A DNA stretch of 63,898 nt, the filler included, from Reclinomonas americana ATCC 50394 (Eukaryota), in NCBI GenBank assembly GCA_048213135.1. It is 24 parts of 24 records of this genome, joined end to end, with 100 filler letters (N's around TTAATTAATTAA, not from the genome) between each part and the next. Parts side by side here need not be neighbours in the genome. Positions count along the whole stretch, not along the records: positions 1 to 9,225 come from AFZH01021369.1; positions 9,326 to 11,622 come from AFZH01021370.1; positions 11,723 to 15,757 come from AFZH01021372.1; 21 more parts are not named here. One strand, given 5' to 3'. Position numbers and translations under genes: made by a program. A model generated the notes under the pieces. The model saw only the letters and a list, made by a program, of their open reading frames with translations, had not been told where the DNA came from and searched no databases. How positions within the stretch are numbered: position 1 is the first letter of the stretch; every line of letters begins with the position of its first letter. Positions 1 to 12,560 of the stretch are shown here, one piece after another.

Positions 1-234
1 GCGAGAGGGGGAGAGGGGAGAAGTGAGGAGAAGGGGAGAGCGAGAAAGGGAAAGAGCGAGAGGGGGAGAAGTGAGGAGAAGGGGAGAGCGAGGGGGGAGG
101 GCGAGGGACGAGAGCGAGAGGGGAGAAAGAGAGAGAGAGAAATATAAGAGAGAGAGGGGAGAGCGAGAGAGGAGAAGGGAGAACAACGAGAGCGATCGGT
201 CGGGAAATCACAGCCTGTTGATTTCGTACGCAAC

Positions 235-2871
235 TGCGCATCGGAGAGCGAAGACACGAAGTTGGCATCGCCTTGCGGTCTCAGTAGCACGTGGAAGCCC
301 GTGCTGCAGTGATGCCGCTCCAAGACCTACGTGTTGGCGGAGATGAGCGTCGGGAACGAGTTGAGAAGACTCCAAATAGCACGCACCGAATCATCGTTGT
401 GCAAAATGGCCAGCTCGTTGGCCGAGGCCACAAGGAACGTGTTGCTGACGCCGGGGTGGTCGGCGTCGTGAATCATGGCGCCGGTGATGGTGGCCAGGAG
501 GTCTATTGGGTCCAATGTACTGCGCAAGGAGGGAAGAGTGTAAGTGGCAAAGACTCGAAGCAGGCGACGCTTCCCTCGACCTAATCTCCTTCTTCCTTCC
601 GTAATGAGAGATTTTGCCCCTTCTTGCACAGAACCACTTTTCCGTTTCGTGCCACCCACAAAAGCGAGACCTCACATCGCAAACAAGCTCCGCAGTCCTC
701 CATTCTTGTCTCCCTCGCCGCGATATTAGAATGCGAAGATTGACAGCACCTCCAATACCCTCCATTCTCCACTCCTCTCTTCCTTCTCGCTTTCAACCTC
801 GTTGCCTGCCACCTTCACCAGACACCTCTTCAGCGTTCGCCGCCCAACTCTCTCTCGCTGCCATTCGTTCTCCTTCATTTGCACCTGCTCTCTCTCTCGC
901 GAACACACATGCCATGTCGCTCTCTATCGCTCGCTCTCTCCTTCCCGCCCCTCTCTCTCTGCCATTCGTTCTCCTTCGTTTGCACCCTCTCTCTCTCGCG
1001 CATGCCCTGTCGCTCTCTATCGCTCGCTCTCTCCTTCCTAACCCTCTCTCTCTCTCTGCCAATCGTTCTCGTTGTATTGCACCTGCTCTCCTAGCTCCCT
1101 CTCGCGAACACACATGCCCTGTCGCTCTCAATCGCTCGCTCTCTCTCCTTCCTGCCTCTCTCTCGCTGCCATTCGTTCTCCTTCGTTAGCACCTGCTCTT
1201 CCTCCTTCCTTCTCTCGCGAACACACACGTGCCCTGTTGCTCTCAATTGCTCGAACTCACGCATTCTCTCTCTCCTTCCTGCCTCGCTCTCGCTGCCATT
1301 CCTTCTCCTCCCTCCCTATCGCGAACACACATGCCCTGTCGCTCTCAATCGCTCGCTCTCTCTCCTTCCTGCCTCTCTCTCGCTGCCATTCGTTCTCCTT
1401 CGTTTGCACCTGCTCTTCCTCCTTCCTTCTCTCGCGAACAAACACGTGCCCTGTTGCTCTCAATCGCTCGCACTCACGCATTCTCTCTCTCTTTCCTGCC
1501 TCTCGCTCGCTGTCATTCGTTCTCCTTCGTTTGCACCTGCTCTCTCTCTCGCGAACACACATGCCCTGTCGCTCTCTATCGCTCGCACTCACGCATTCTC
1601 TCTCTCTTTCCTGCCTCTCTCTCGCTGCCATTCGTTCTCCTTCGTTAGTACCTGCTCTTCCTCCTTCCCTCTCTCTCGCGAACAAACATGTGCGCTGTTG
1701 CTCGCTATCGCCTGCTCTTTCGCACTCTCTCTCGCTGCCATTCGTTCTCCTTCGTTTGCACCTGCTCTCTCTCTCTCTCTCTCGTGAACACACACATGCC
1801 CTGTCGCTCTCTATCGCTCGCTGCCATTCGTTCTCCTTCGTTTGCACCTGCTCTCCCTCCTTCTCTCTCTCTCGCGAACACACACGCCCTGTCGCTCTCT
1901 ATCGCTCTCTCTCCCCTCCCTCCTTCCCTTACACCCCCCTTCCCCTTCTCCCCCTCCCTCCCTTCCCCCTTCTTCCCCCAACGCAACGCCACCAACCCCG
2001 ACGCCTTCAACAACGAATAGTACGTCTGCGTGACATCGGCCGCATGGCAATTGCTATGATACTGCGACGTGCCGCGATACGACTGATCCACGCCCGCTGC
2101 AAACACGCGGAACTTGTCCCACGACAGTCCCAGCTGCTCAATCAGTCCCACAGACTCCATAATCGCCACCGCAGTGTGATACAAGGGCGACTCTGCAAAT
2201 AACAATCGATTAGTGATTGATTGAGCGATTGATTACAAAATGCACAATGCACTCTGTGTTTTTTTCACCTGTGAGAGAGGCCAGTCGCACGACATCGTAC
2301 TGTGCAGTGTCCACGTGGTCGAGAATCGCGCGCATGTCCTCAGTGGGACTGTGTGTGTGTGTGAGAGAGTGTGAGAAGACAGAGTTTTACACACACACCC
2401 ATGCGCGCGCGTATGTAACGGTGAAGGCAGTGTGATGGACATGGAGGCCAGTGAGGCCGCAGAGGCGAATGCGCGGCCTTCCTCCTCGCCTGACATGAGT
2501 GAAAGAAACGGAGTGTCAATTGATTGCGGTTTCATGCGGAAAACCAACACACACGCGCGCGCGCACACACACGCAGGCACAGAGAGTGTGAGAGAGAGAG
2601 TGAAAGAGTGTGAGAGAGAGAGAGAGAGTGAGAGTGAGAGAGAGCAGGAAGCGATCGAAGGGTGACAAGCAGTCGCACACACACACACACACAGAGAGAG
2701 GCAGGGAGGCGATCAAAGGGTCGTCTGCACTCTTTCGTACACACACACTCACTCACTCACACACTCACACAAACACAGAGAAAGAGAGAGAGGCAGGGGA
2801 GCGATAAGGAGCGATCAAGGGGCGATAAGAAGCGATAAAGGAGTGAAAGGAGCGATAATAGCGATTGCCAG

Positions 2872-2968
<97 letters not shown>

Positions 2969-3591
2969 AAGCAACCGGCGATCGAAGGGTGACAAGCAGT
3001 CACGCACAGAGACTAAGCAGAGGAGCAAAGAAAGCGTGACACTTGATCGCCTACACACTGTCTCTCAGACACACGCTCAACCTCCCCTTCCCTCCCTCGT
3101 TCTCTCCCTCACACACTCGCAGGCAGGCGTGCCTATCCATCGCTTTAGGCGCGTCTCTTTCTCTCTGGCTCTCTGTCTCTCTCATCTCTATCTCTCTCTC
3201 TCTCATCGCGCAACTTGTCGTCAACACCTGCTGTTGCGCTTGTACGACTGGAGGAGCGTGCTGCTGCAGCGCTGCGCTCTTGATGATTGCCGGGTCGACA
3301 TGGATCGTGTGTTGCGCAGGTCGTGCGACTGTGTGAGAGGAAAAGTTTAGAGAGACTCACTCGTTTTCGCTGTGTGTTCGACTTTGTGTGCGTCTCTCAC
3401 ACGCAACCAACGACTCTGCTGTTGACGATAGTGGTGGCCGTGGGAGGATGCGTGTGTTGCTTGTCTGTGCGTGTGTGTTGAGAGTGTGAGTTGACACGAG
3501 AAAGACAGAGAGACAAGTGTGTGGCGATCATGTGAGAACCGTGGTTGTTGCGGACGCGTGTGTTGTGACTGGTGGAGTGGCAGGAGCCCAT
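235..3591 (-). CDS. Class I 3',5'-cyclic nucleotide phosphodiesterase, multi-exon, 3' end runs off the window; probable N-myristoylated MGSC N-terminus
   Basis: GT-AG splicing joins exons ~1988-2200 (YHSNCHAADVTQ = YHNxxHAxDV), ~387-528 (AMIHDADHPGVSNTFLV...LAILHNDDS = HDxxHPGxxNxF) and ~235-327 (VLERHH). Upstream exons (~2270-2340, 2430-2535, 3210-3465, 3556-3591) are assigned by phase compatibility and are less certain. Confidence 0.9.
845..1910. repeat. Intronic minisatellite, about 10 copies of a ~90-130 bp unit
   Basis: Core cgctgccattcgttctccttcgtttgcacctgctct...cgcgaacacacatgccctgtcgctctc recurs at ~857, 960, 1057, 1164, 1291, 1381, 1509, 1623, 1733 and 1819, inside the long PDE intron. 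Confidence 0.9.
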
Positions 3592-4151
3592 GATATGCGA
3601 GGGTGTGTCTTGCGCGGACGCGATGAGGAGAAGGGAAAGAGATTCGCGAGGCACGCGTTCGTTTTTTCGCAGATGGCAGTTTTTGCTCAATTTTAGCGCA
3701 CTGACTGTATCGGGCGCTGATTGGCGGTGACTGTGTCGCGCGTGCACAGAAACGGAGGAGGGAGGTAGGGCAGTGGATAGGCTGTTGTAGATTCTGCAAG
3801 GAACGAGTGGTTGTGAGGTGATGAGTGAGAGCGGCAGTTTCCGTATCGAGAAACGGTTTTTGCGGGAAGAAGGTACCTTCGTTTGCAATGTCTTCGTCTC
3901 CTTCTGGTGTTCTTTGTCTTGCCATCTATCTATCCGATTCAACGCCAAGGGTCTCTGTTGCTTGCGGTGTTTTGACTCGCCTCTCTCTCGTCTTGTGTGC
4001 TGCCATCGCGTTCTTCGGATCTGCCGGCCCTCCGCCAGCATGCGAGGCAGGACGCACTATTGTGGTGTCGCCAGACAGGTGCTGCGAGTGAAGCAGATGG
4101 ACAGTACTTACAGAGAAACGTGTACTTCATGTTTCCTTGTGATTCCCGAGC

Positions 4152-6078
4152 TCACTTTTTCATCAACATGCGCATTACGGCAGCTTCATGCTCGCGTTTT
4201 GCGCGTGCAGCGCGCAGCTCATCCATGGTCTTGAAATCACCGCGAGCGCGTTGCAGTTTTTCAACGTACAGCGCCATGCGATGGTTCTTCTCGTAGATGT
4301 CCTCGCCCTGCCGCTCGAGGCCGGCCGCAGCCTCGATGGCCCTCTCCATGCGATCCACACGGTCCTTGAAGCGCTTCACGGCCGCCGCTGCCTCCTTGAC
4401 TTTGGCCTCGTGGCAGTGAAGGGCGCCGTATATGAGCTGCAGGTTAACAGTTGACCACTTGTTGGCGTCGAGATCGCGTTTCTCGGCCCATGCCAGCAGC
4501 GTCACCACGTTAGGGTTGCGCGAGTGTTCGTGACTGGGGGGAGCAAAAGGGGAAGTGTTAACACCCTTGTTGCCCCTCAACCTCTGTCTCACTCACTCAC
4601 TCACTCTCTCTCTCTCTTTCTCACACTGCCTACCCCTTTGTCGTTCATTGTACACTGCATGCGCAGTAGTTCGTGATAGCATCCTTGTGTTACAATCGCT
4701 CTTCTCCTTGTTTCCCTCTCTCTCCCTCCCTCCCTCTGTGTATGTGTGCGTGTGTGTGAGAGAGAGTGAGAGAGAGAGAATGAGCGCACAGTCTCAGTCA
4801 CAAGTAACAGATGTCTTTGTCTGTGTATCTTTCTCTCTCTCTCTCCCTCTCCCTCCCTCTCTCTCTCACTCCCATACCTGATATTCCCGATCCATCCAAA
4901 CCCAGGGTACTGCACCACAGTCGAGATATCCGGCGGCACATCCGGGCGCGCTCGGTGCACGCCGCTTGCAACGTCCGGATAGAACCACCAGCCCCAGACC
5001 GTTTCGGTGATGCACAACACGTCGTACCAGTTGTTCTCGCTCAACTCGCGCAGCGCATCGCCCGACTCTGCTGGCCACATGTTGGTGACGGTGACATCGA
5101 AGCCGGCCTGCGTGTAAAACTCGCGCACAGCCTTCTCATACGGGTCGTCGCCCACCAATCCGAGGGCGATGAGCAGGCGTAGTGGGCCAGGCGGGCGCGG
5201 CTCTGGAACATCAGGCGAAAGTGGGCAAGAGAAACAGAGAGACAGCCAGCAGATAGAGTATCGCGTACCGGCAGGCGCCACCGCTGCTGCCGGCGCGATG
5301 CTTCCACTACCGCCAGTCTCACGCATGTCGGACTCCTCGTACGTCACCTCTGCCGGCGCCTCCGGCTCAATAAACACATCAAACAGGTCTTCGAGTAGCG
5401 CCAGCAGCTTCACCGGCTGGAACGAGATGCCGCGCTCCTTTGGCTGCCACACGACACAAATATCGGGATTGGCCGAGATCGCGCCAATGTGCTCAATCCA
5501 CGGATGCTCGACGAGCACGCGCTCCAGCGGCGGCGGTGTGCTGTCAAACTCCGGCTCTTCCTTGGTCGGATCGCCGTGGTACAGCGCATCGACCCACCAC
5601 AGACGCGTAAAGACAATGGCGTCGAAGGAGGTGCTGTGCAGAGCGGCCTTGAGATCGTCCTCGTCGCCCATGACCTTGTTTACGTTTTCCACGTGAGCGC
5701 CGTGCTGCACGAGAAAGTCGGTGGTCGGTTTGATGGTGTCCTTGACGTACTCATCCTGAGCGCGCCACGCCAACAGGAGGTTCTTGCCTGATCATAAGAC
5801 AAGTGATTAGAGTCGAAATCAATCGCGTTTCTTTTGTTGTCGTGCGAAGGCGAGGGCAGAGGGATGTGTGAGTGAGGGGGAGAGGGAGAGAGGGAGAGAG
5901 AGAGGGAGAGGGAGAGGGAGAGAGAGCGCACAGCTACTGCAGTACTGTGTAGTGTGCGCGAAAGAGAGAGAAAGGTGGAAGCGCGACAAGTACAGCATAG
6001 AAATCGCATGCGTTGAACACTCGGCATCATGATGCATGAATGAAAGGCGGAAACATGCTGCTCACCTCGCAGAGACAT
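4152..6078 (-). CDS. Hypothetical protein: two tandem alpha/beta (receiver/flavodoxin-like) domains plus a C-terminal coiled coil
   Basis: Phase-compatible GT-AG model: ATG 6078 (MSLRG|KNLLLAW), introns ~6065-5788, ~5268-5212 and ~4877-4534, stop 4152. The halves align (KNLLLAW..DFLVQHGAHV..LKAALHSTSFDAIVFT vs RLLIAL..EFYTQAGFDV..ALRELSENNWYDVLCITE). The last exon is E/K/R/A-rich and helical. Confidence 0.75.
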
Positions 6079-6369
6079 GAAACTAAACGACGAAACTGCC
6101 TGTGTCCTGCCGCATCCAATGTAATTCGAGCTAGATTCTGTGATTCCCAAGAACAACAAAGGCATAGAATGTTACGCAGATGTACCACACATACGGGGAC
6201 TGAAGGGGGCACCAAAAAAGCGGAGCGAAGCCGAAAAACGAAGACTCAATCTTATAACAACTGTCCCGCGACGTTTCCCGATTATCACTCGGCTAGGCGT
6301 TCGCAAGCAACAGAGAAACCCGTGTGCATTGCGAAACACATGACTGATGCTGGCTTTTGCTCTCTCTTT

Positions 6370-7180
6370 CTCTGTGTGCGTCTCTCTGGATCTCTCTCAG
6401 TGACACACGCCACCAACGACGCTGCTGTTGACTATGGTGGTGGCCATGGGAGGATGTGTGTGCTGCTTGCTTGTGTCAGTATGTGCGCGTTGAGTGTGAG
6501 TTGACACGAGAAAAGTGGGGAGGATGTGTGTGCTGCTTGTCTGTGTCAGTGTGTGTGCGTTGAGTGTGAGTTGACACGAGAAAAGTGGGGAGGATGTGTG
6601 TGCTGCTTGTCTGTGTCAGCATGTGCGCGTTGAGTGTGAGTTGACACGAGAAAAGTGGTGGAGGACGTCTGCCGATTTAGAGTTTCCACTCCTCTGCGGC
6701 ACTGAGCGATGCTACTCCAGTCCCGACGACGGTGGATGCACATCGCTTCATCGCCGATGCTGCTGCTGCATGGCGGCCACCAACAGGGACTTGTCACTCG
6801 CCAACAGCATCGCTGACGTGTTGTTCCGGTTCCGGTCACGCGATCTCCTCACCGCGGTTGTTGCGGACGCATGTGTGGAGTGGCAGGAGCCCATGATTTG
6901 CGAGGTTGTGTGCGTTTGTGCGGACGCGATGGGTGGAGGAGGAGAAGAGGAAAGAGATTCGTACTGACGGTTTGAGCGCTGATTGGCGATGACAGATCGT
7001 GCGCACAGAAACGGAGGAGAAAGGGAGGCAGTGGATTGGCTGTTGTAGGTTGTGCTAGGAAGAGTGGATGCGAAGGGATGAGTGAGAAACGGTTTTGCGG
7101 GAAGATATACAGCAGGTTCCCGTTGCTTGTGGTTTCCTCTTCTTCTGTTGTTCATTGGCTTGCCCTCTGCCATTCCCCGT
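6370..7180 (-). repeat. Diverged duplicate of the PDE 5' region (upstream DNA plus MGSC first exon), with three tandem ~70-bp copies
   Basis: 6410-6510 aligns with 3400-3505, and 6855-7170 with 3545-3925. ATG 6894 encodes MGSCHSTH vs MGSCHSTS at 3591. No PDE catalytic exons follow. Confidence 0.8.
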
Positions 7181-7660
7181 CTTTACCACTGCGGCAGCGT
7201 GCCACAGTTTCCAGATTGTCAACCCGTTTTTGCTGTGGGAAGAAACGTAGCACGCAGACTCCCCGTTGCTTGTAGTTTCCTCTTCTTCTGTTGTTCATTG
7301 GCTTGCCCTCTGTCATTCCCGTCTTTGCAGCTGCGGCAGCATGCCACCAATTCTCTCTCTTTGCGACAGGTTTCCAGATTGTCAACCCGTTTTGCTGTGG
7401 GAAGAAACGTATCACGCAGACTCCCCGTTGCTTGTGGTTTCCTCTCCTTCTGTTGTTCTTTAGGTTGCCGTCTGTTATTCCCGTCTTTGCAGCTGCGCGT
7501 GCGATTGTCAACCCGTTTTTGCTGTGGGAAGAAACGTAGCATGCAGACTCCCCGTTGCTTGTGGCTTCCTCTCCTTCTGTTGTTCTTTGGCTTGCCCTCT
7601 GTCATTCCCGTCTTTGCAGCTGCGGCAACATGCCACCATTCTCTCATTGCGACAGGTTTC
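7119..7660. repeat. Tandem repeat, 4 copies of a ~127-161 bp unit
   Basis: cccgttgcttgt(g/a)g..tcctct..ttctgttgttc recurs at 7119, 7262, 7423 and 7550. Confidence 0.9.
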
Positions 7661-8499
7661 ATCTCGTGAAATCGCGATCTTTAACGGGGCACGTTCCTGT
7701 TGTTTGTGCCTCTCCTTCTGCTCAACATTATTGTCTTGCCTTCTGTTGACGTCCTTGTAGCCTCTCTCCTTCATGACTTCGTTCTCGATGTGCATGACAC
7801 TGAAGTTCAGTCTTCTGTAAAGTGAGTGATCACGCGGAAACGGCGAGCACGGTGAGTGGGGGTGCGGTTGATTGTGTGCAGAGTGTGGTGTTTGTATGTG
7901 TAAAGACACGTGTGCACATCGAGTGGGGGGGGGGGGGGGGGTGTTGTGTGAGGTTCTATTCCGCGCCCCCCACATGGTGTTGAGTGAGGATGCACTTGAG
8001 TGGTTTGAGCTTGTATCGCTCTCCATTCTATACACGTGATGGGTGCAGCGGTACGCTGTGAGTGAGGTTGCACTCATGAGGTTGGCAGTGTAGATGGTGA
8101 TTTCAGTGCTCTCCACACGCACGCGATGATTGAAATCGTTGTGTTGAGAGGTTGCACAGTATACAAGTAGATGCACTCCTCGCTCTGCACACTGTACACG
8201 AGATTGATGGAGTACGCGTTTAGTGACAGTGCACGTGCTTTCCGTGCAGAGCAGTACGAGCTGATTGAGGTTGCGCTCGTGCTGCTCTTGCTCCCCATGT
8301 CCACTCGATGTCTGTTGTTGTACGTGTGTAGCAGGTACCCTATATGCTGCACACGTGCACGCACGCTCCCCGCATACATGTGAAGGATGCTGTGCCCGTG
8401 AAGTCTACACACACCACGTGTGTAGTACGTGTTGTGCCGGTTTTACATCTGCACGTTCGTGTGAAGGATGTACGTATAGTTCGTGTTGAGTGAGTTGGC

Positions 8500-8570
8500 A
8501 GTGTGCCGAGGTCATTGTCGGCAAGGGATTTGTGGGCGTTTATCGCATTATTGGAATGTGGTGAATTGTT
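8500..8570 (+). repeat. Dispersed element X (hairpin + GATTTGTGG), copy 1
   Basis: gtgccgaggtcattgtcggcaagggatttgtgggcgtttatcgcattattggaatgtggtgaat matches copies at ~38180 (-), ~46230 (+) and ~52815 (-). Confidence 0.8.
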
Positions 8571-9064
8571 TCTTTTTTGTGTTGTTGGTACTCTCCTCAC
8601 CGCCCACACTCATTCCGTTCCAGAGATGTCTGTCGCTGCTCGTCTGCGCCTCTTCTCCCGCGACGCCTCCTTTGCTCGGCGTATGGGCGATCTCCTCCCA
8701 GGATCGGCGTTGAGCGTGGAGGCCATGAAGGAAGTGCTTCGCCCGGGTGCGTATGGTGCGCACGAACCGATCGCGAGTCAGGGGACTGCATCCAAGTTGA
8801 ATGGAGACGGCTGTGAGTCGACCGTCGCTGGTGACAGCGCCGACACGACGACACCCGACAACCAGTCGCATCACAGCGATGGAGCAAGCCCTCCAGGTCC
8901 TTGAGTCGAGAGAGGCTGAAGTCTGCGAATTGCGAAACAGAAGTCGCCATGGGCTATGGTGCTGTTGTTAGTTGGGGAGCGATATATCTTGCATGAACTT
9001 CCGTCAATTCGTCCTGCGCACATCTTGACGTCCGTCCATCTTCTCCGACCGACTTCTCCTCACC

Positions 9065-12026
9065 ATGGCCGCCTCTGCACCACCCGGCGACTACTCCGCA
9101 CCTCGCCTCGGCCACTTCTTCATCTTCAACTCCAACTTTGGCCCCACAGGTCTCACTCTCTCTCACACACACTGTCTCTCACACACACTGTCTCTCACAC
9201 TCTCACTCGCTCACTCGTGCACCACNNNNNNNNNNNNNNNNNNNNNNNNNNNNNNNNNNNNNNNNNNNNTTAATTAATTAANNNNNNNNNNNNNNNNNNN
9301 NNNNNNNNNNNNNNNNNNNNNNNNNACTCACACACACACACACACTAGCTGTACTCCTCACCTCCTGCGTTCCACTCTGTCCGCTCGTCTCCTTCTTCAC
9401 TTCATCTTCCGCTCACTCCACACCCTTGAAAGTTTCTGTCTCTCTTGCTCTTTTCCCTCTCACTCTTTCTCTCCTCTCTCCTCCGCTGTCTCAGCCTCTC
9501 CTCGTGCTTTCTACTCCATCTTCCTCCTTTCCTTTCTCGCTCTCTTATTGTTCTGCTCACTCCACACCTCTCTCTCTCACACCTCCGTCGTCTGCTTCCA
9601 ATCGCGCTCCGCGCATTCCCTCCCCATTTCTCTCTTGACACACACTGTTTTTTGCTCGATCACCTCATACGTTCCACTCCACTCCTGCTCCTCTCGTCTT
9701 GTCGGCCGTCGGCTCCTTCTCATCGCATCTCCTCTCCCTTCGCTGTTCTCACCCTTCTCCCCTTCTCACCCCCTCTCCCACCCCACCAGCACCTTCTCCC
9801 CGGAGAAACCCTGCGAGGTCGTCCGCACCGAACGCCAATGTCACGTGTACTACGAGTGCGAGCCCGACTTTTGGATGTTGATGGTGACCAGCCTGCTCCC
9901 CCCCTCCACTATCCCGCGATTGCCTATGCACTCACCCCGCTGGTCGTGCGCAGTCGGTGTGCCACCCGCAGAGCACGCGCATCGTCAAAGGCCGGGAGAC
10001 GGTGGTGTATGACAACACGTTTTTGGATGAGTCTGTGCTGTCGGTTGTGTTGCGGCATTCGTATGCGGCGTTCCGAGTTGCGTTTCCTCGTATCGTGCTT
10101 CCTTGATGGACGGGTGTGTCTATTGAGAATCCCTCGTTTGTCTTCTCAAACTTCCTGTCTGCGCAATCTCCTCTTCATTTCCTCTCCGCTAATATTATGC
10201 ATGCTGTGGTCGCTTCTTACCGTGTTTATCTGTCTTATCTTCGCTGTGCATTCTGTGTGTGTTCTTTTCTCTTTCCTGAGTTCTCTTTCCCCCCCTTCTC
10301 CCTTCCCCCTCCCACCCTCCCCCCTCACCCCTTCCCCTTGTCACCCCCTCCTCAGCTCTTCCACGGCTCGATGACCGCCCTCGCCGAAAAATACTCGGTC
10401 GCCGCCCTCCGCGAATCCCTCGACGCCTTCTTCCGACCACACCTCGCCACCCTCGACTTCTCCACCCTCGACCTCTTCGAGGCCCTAGACGGCATTCGCT
10501 TCGTGCCAGTGGCGCGCGACGCCTTCCTACACGCGACGCACTGCGTGTTCACTGTGCAGAATCGACATCCGCAGATTCACCACACGGTGCTGCTGTTCGA
10601 CGGTCACTTGGTGAATGTGGAAAAAGGAGGTGGTGCTGCTGTTGACGGACGACTCACCATGTGCCGTGCAGGTGTGGAGCGGCTTGCCGCAGCAGGAGAT
10701 GCGAGTACTCTATCGCTACCTGATTCACACGATGCCACAAGAGACGCTCGTGGCCTCGACAGCGCACGCCGTCCAGCGATGCTTCCCGCCACTGGCCACC
10801 GCACTCGCCGCCGCTCGGCATGGAACGTGAGTGGAAGAGTGGTACCGTCGCATTTTGTTGTTGTGTTGTTGGCGGTGGTGACTCACAGTCTCCTGCAGTC
10901 GCGAGGGCGAACGACTCACGGAGACCTACCTCACCGGCCCCGACGATCTCGTGGGCGAATCAATCACCTTTAACGCGCCGCGTGTGTATGTTTGCGGGAC
11001 GGAGGAGCTGCATTTGGTGGTGTACAAGGTGAGGCGGTTGCACCCGACTCAAGTGGGAGAGAGAGGCAGCAACACAGAGATGTTCAGAGTCGACATTTCG
11101 CGCATTCCACTTCCTCCTTGCATTTCTCTCTCCTCAGTCCTCTCTTCTCTTCCCTTCTCCCCGTTGCTGTTGCAGATTATCTTTCTCTCTCTGGCCCTTG
11201 TACACAGTCTCGCCGACTGACTCTCTACTCTCTCTGACCTTTCTCCCTCCCTGGCCGTCTCCTGAACTCTTCTTCTCTTTTTCTTCTCTGTCTCCCTTTT
11301 TTCAGTTTTCAGTCCTCCTATCTGTCAGTCTCATCGTCTTGTCTCTCTTGTCTCTTTGTCTTTTCTCCCTGCCTCTCCCTCTTTCCTCCTGTGATCTTCC
11401 CGTTTCTCTCGCGGCTCCCCCATCTTCGGTTCCTGTCCCCTCTCACCAATCCAGATTTCTCTCTCAGTCGCCGTTTATTTCTTTCATTTCTTTGTTGTCG
11501 ACTCTGCCAGTCTCTTACTCTCCCTCGGCTGCTCTCTCTCTCTCTCTCTGTCTCTCTCCTCTCTCTTCCCATTTCACTCCCGTTTTCAGTGTCTGCTCTC
11601 CGTCCCTCGCCATCTCTTCGTGNNNNNNNNNNNNNNNNNNNNNNNNNNNNNNNNNNNNNNNNNNNNTTAATTAATTAANNNNNNNNNNNNNNNNNNNNNN
11701 NNNNNNNNNNNNNNNNNNNNNNGCAACTTGGAGACTTTTGCTGACGGTCTCTTGCTCGCGCGCTCAGGAGTCCGGACGATATCAAGGAGTACTGCGTCAA
11801 GACCAAGCGCGAGGGTTGGGTGATTGGACGCAAGGTGGCGCAGCGTGAGTTTTACGTGATTTTCGACGCGAGGAACACCAGTATCGCGGAAGTCAGTGGT
11901 GAGTGTGGGGGGGTGAACAGTTCGTGTTTTTGTGGCAGGGAGAGTGACTTACCCACTCCTGTCGCCACCGCAGCGAGTGTGAGGTCACTGAGCCACCTGT
12001 TCTTCCACTCGGCATTTGTCGACTGA
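9065..12026 (+). CDS. CCZ1: Vacuolar fusion protein CCZ1 (Mon1-Ccz1 Rab7 GEF subunit), multi-exon, spans two gaps
   Basis: Exons give HFFIFNSNFGPT; TFSPEKPCEVVRTERQCHVYYECEPDFWMLM; LFHGSM...LDLFEALDGIRFVPV...LLFDGHLVWSGL; ELHLVVYK; EYCVKTKREGWVIGRKVAQREFYVIF. Order and motifs match CCZ1 longin domains; GT-AG introns. Confidence 0.88.
9226..9325. other. Artificial 100-nt scaffold gap/linker (first of 23 identical ones)
   Basis: N-run + TTAATTAATTAA (stops in six frames) + N-run, always the same length. Genes continue across these gaps with exons missing, so real gap sizes are unknown. Confidence 0.97.
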
Positions 12027-12210
12027 CGTGTGCCGCCGTCAATGGTGCTTGTTGAGACAGTGAACGGGCTAGTGATTGACGTACGTGCGATTTGAAGAGA
12101 TCTGCTTCTCGATCCATACTTGCGGCAGAGGCAATCGAGTCGGCGAGCATGCGTAGATTTCGTCGCCAAAGCTGGTACGGAGTTAAGAATTAGCACTTGC
12201 GAGGTTGGTC

Positions 12211-12560
12211 CCTTGCTGCATCGCCCAGCGGCGCAGCTGTCCTTGCTGCATCCTCCGACATCGCAGCTGTCCTTGCTGCTTCACCCGGCATCGCAGCTGT
12301 CCTTGCTGCATCACCTGGCATCGGAGCTGTGCTTGTTACATCACTCGGCATCGCAGCTGTCCTTGCTGCCTCACCCGGCATCGCAGCTGTCCTTGCTGCC
12401 TCATTCGGCCTCACCGCTGGCCTTGCTGCATCACCTGGTATCGCAGCTGTTCTTGCTATATCACTCGGCCTCACCGCTGGCCTTGCTACATCACCCGGTA
12501 TCGCAGCTGTTCTTGTTACATCCCTCGGCATCTCTGCGTTCTTGCTACATCACCCGGCAT
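12211..12560. repeat. 30-bp minisatellite, ~11.5 copies, between the convergent CCZ1 and beta-amylase genes
   Basis: Unit ccttgctgcatcacccggcatcgcagctgt starts at 12211, 12241, 12271 ... 12511, 12540. Confidence 0.95.

Noticed and set aside
845..1910. Repeat-spacer-like arrays here and at 7119-7660 and 12211-12560 as CRISPR
   Set aside because: Inter-repeat segments are themselves repeated or microsatellite rather than unique spacers; there are no cas genes; the context is eukaryotic.
614..2202. Long L/S-, R/E-, H/T- and C/V-rich ORFs throughout the track
   Set aside because: Products of CT, GA and CA simple repeats in introns, or antisense shadows of GC-rich exons.
8627..8904. Short + ORF upstream of CCZ1 (also 45689-46039)
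   Set aside because: No recognisable motif or splice support; cannot be called a gene from sequence alone.
9270..9281. TTAATTAATTAA recurring 23 times
   Set aside because: Always centred in identical N-runs; it is an assembly linker with six-frame stops, not biology.
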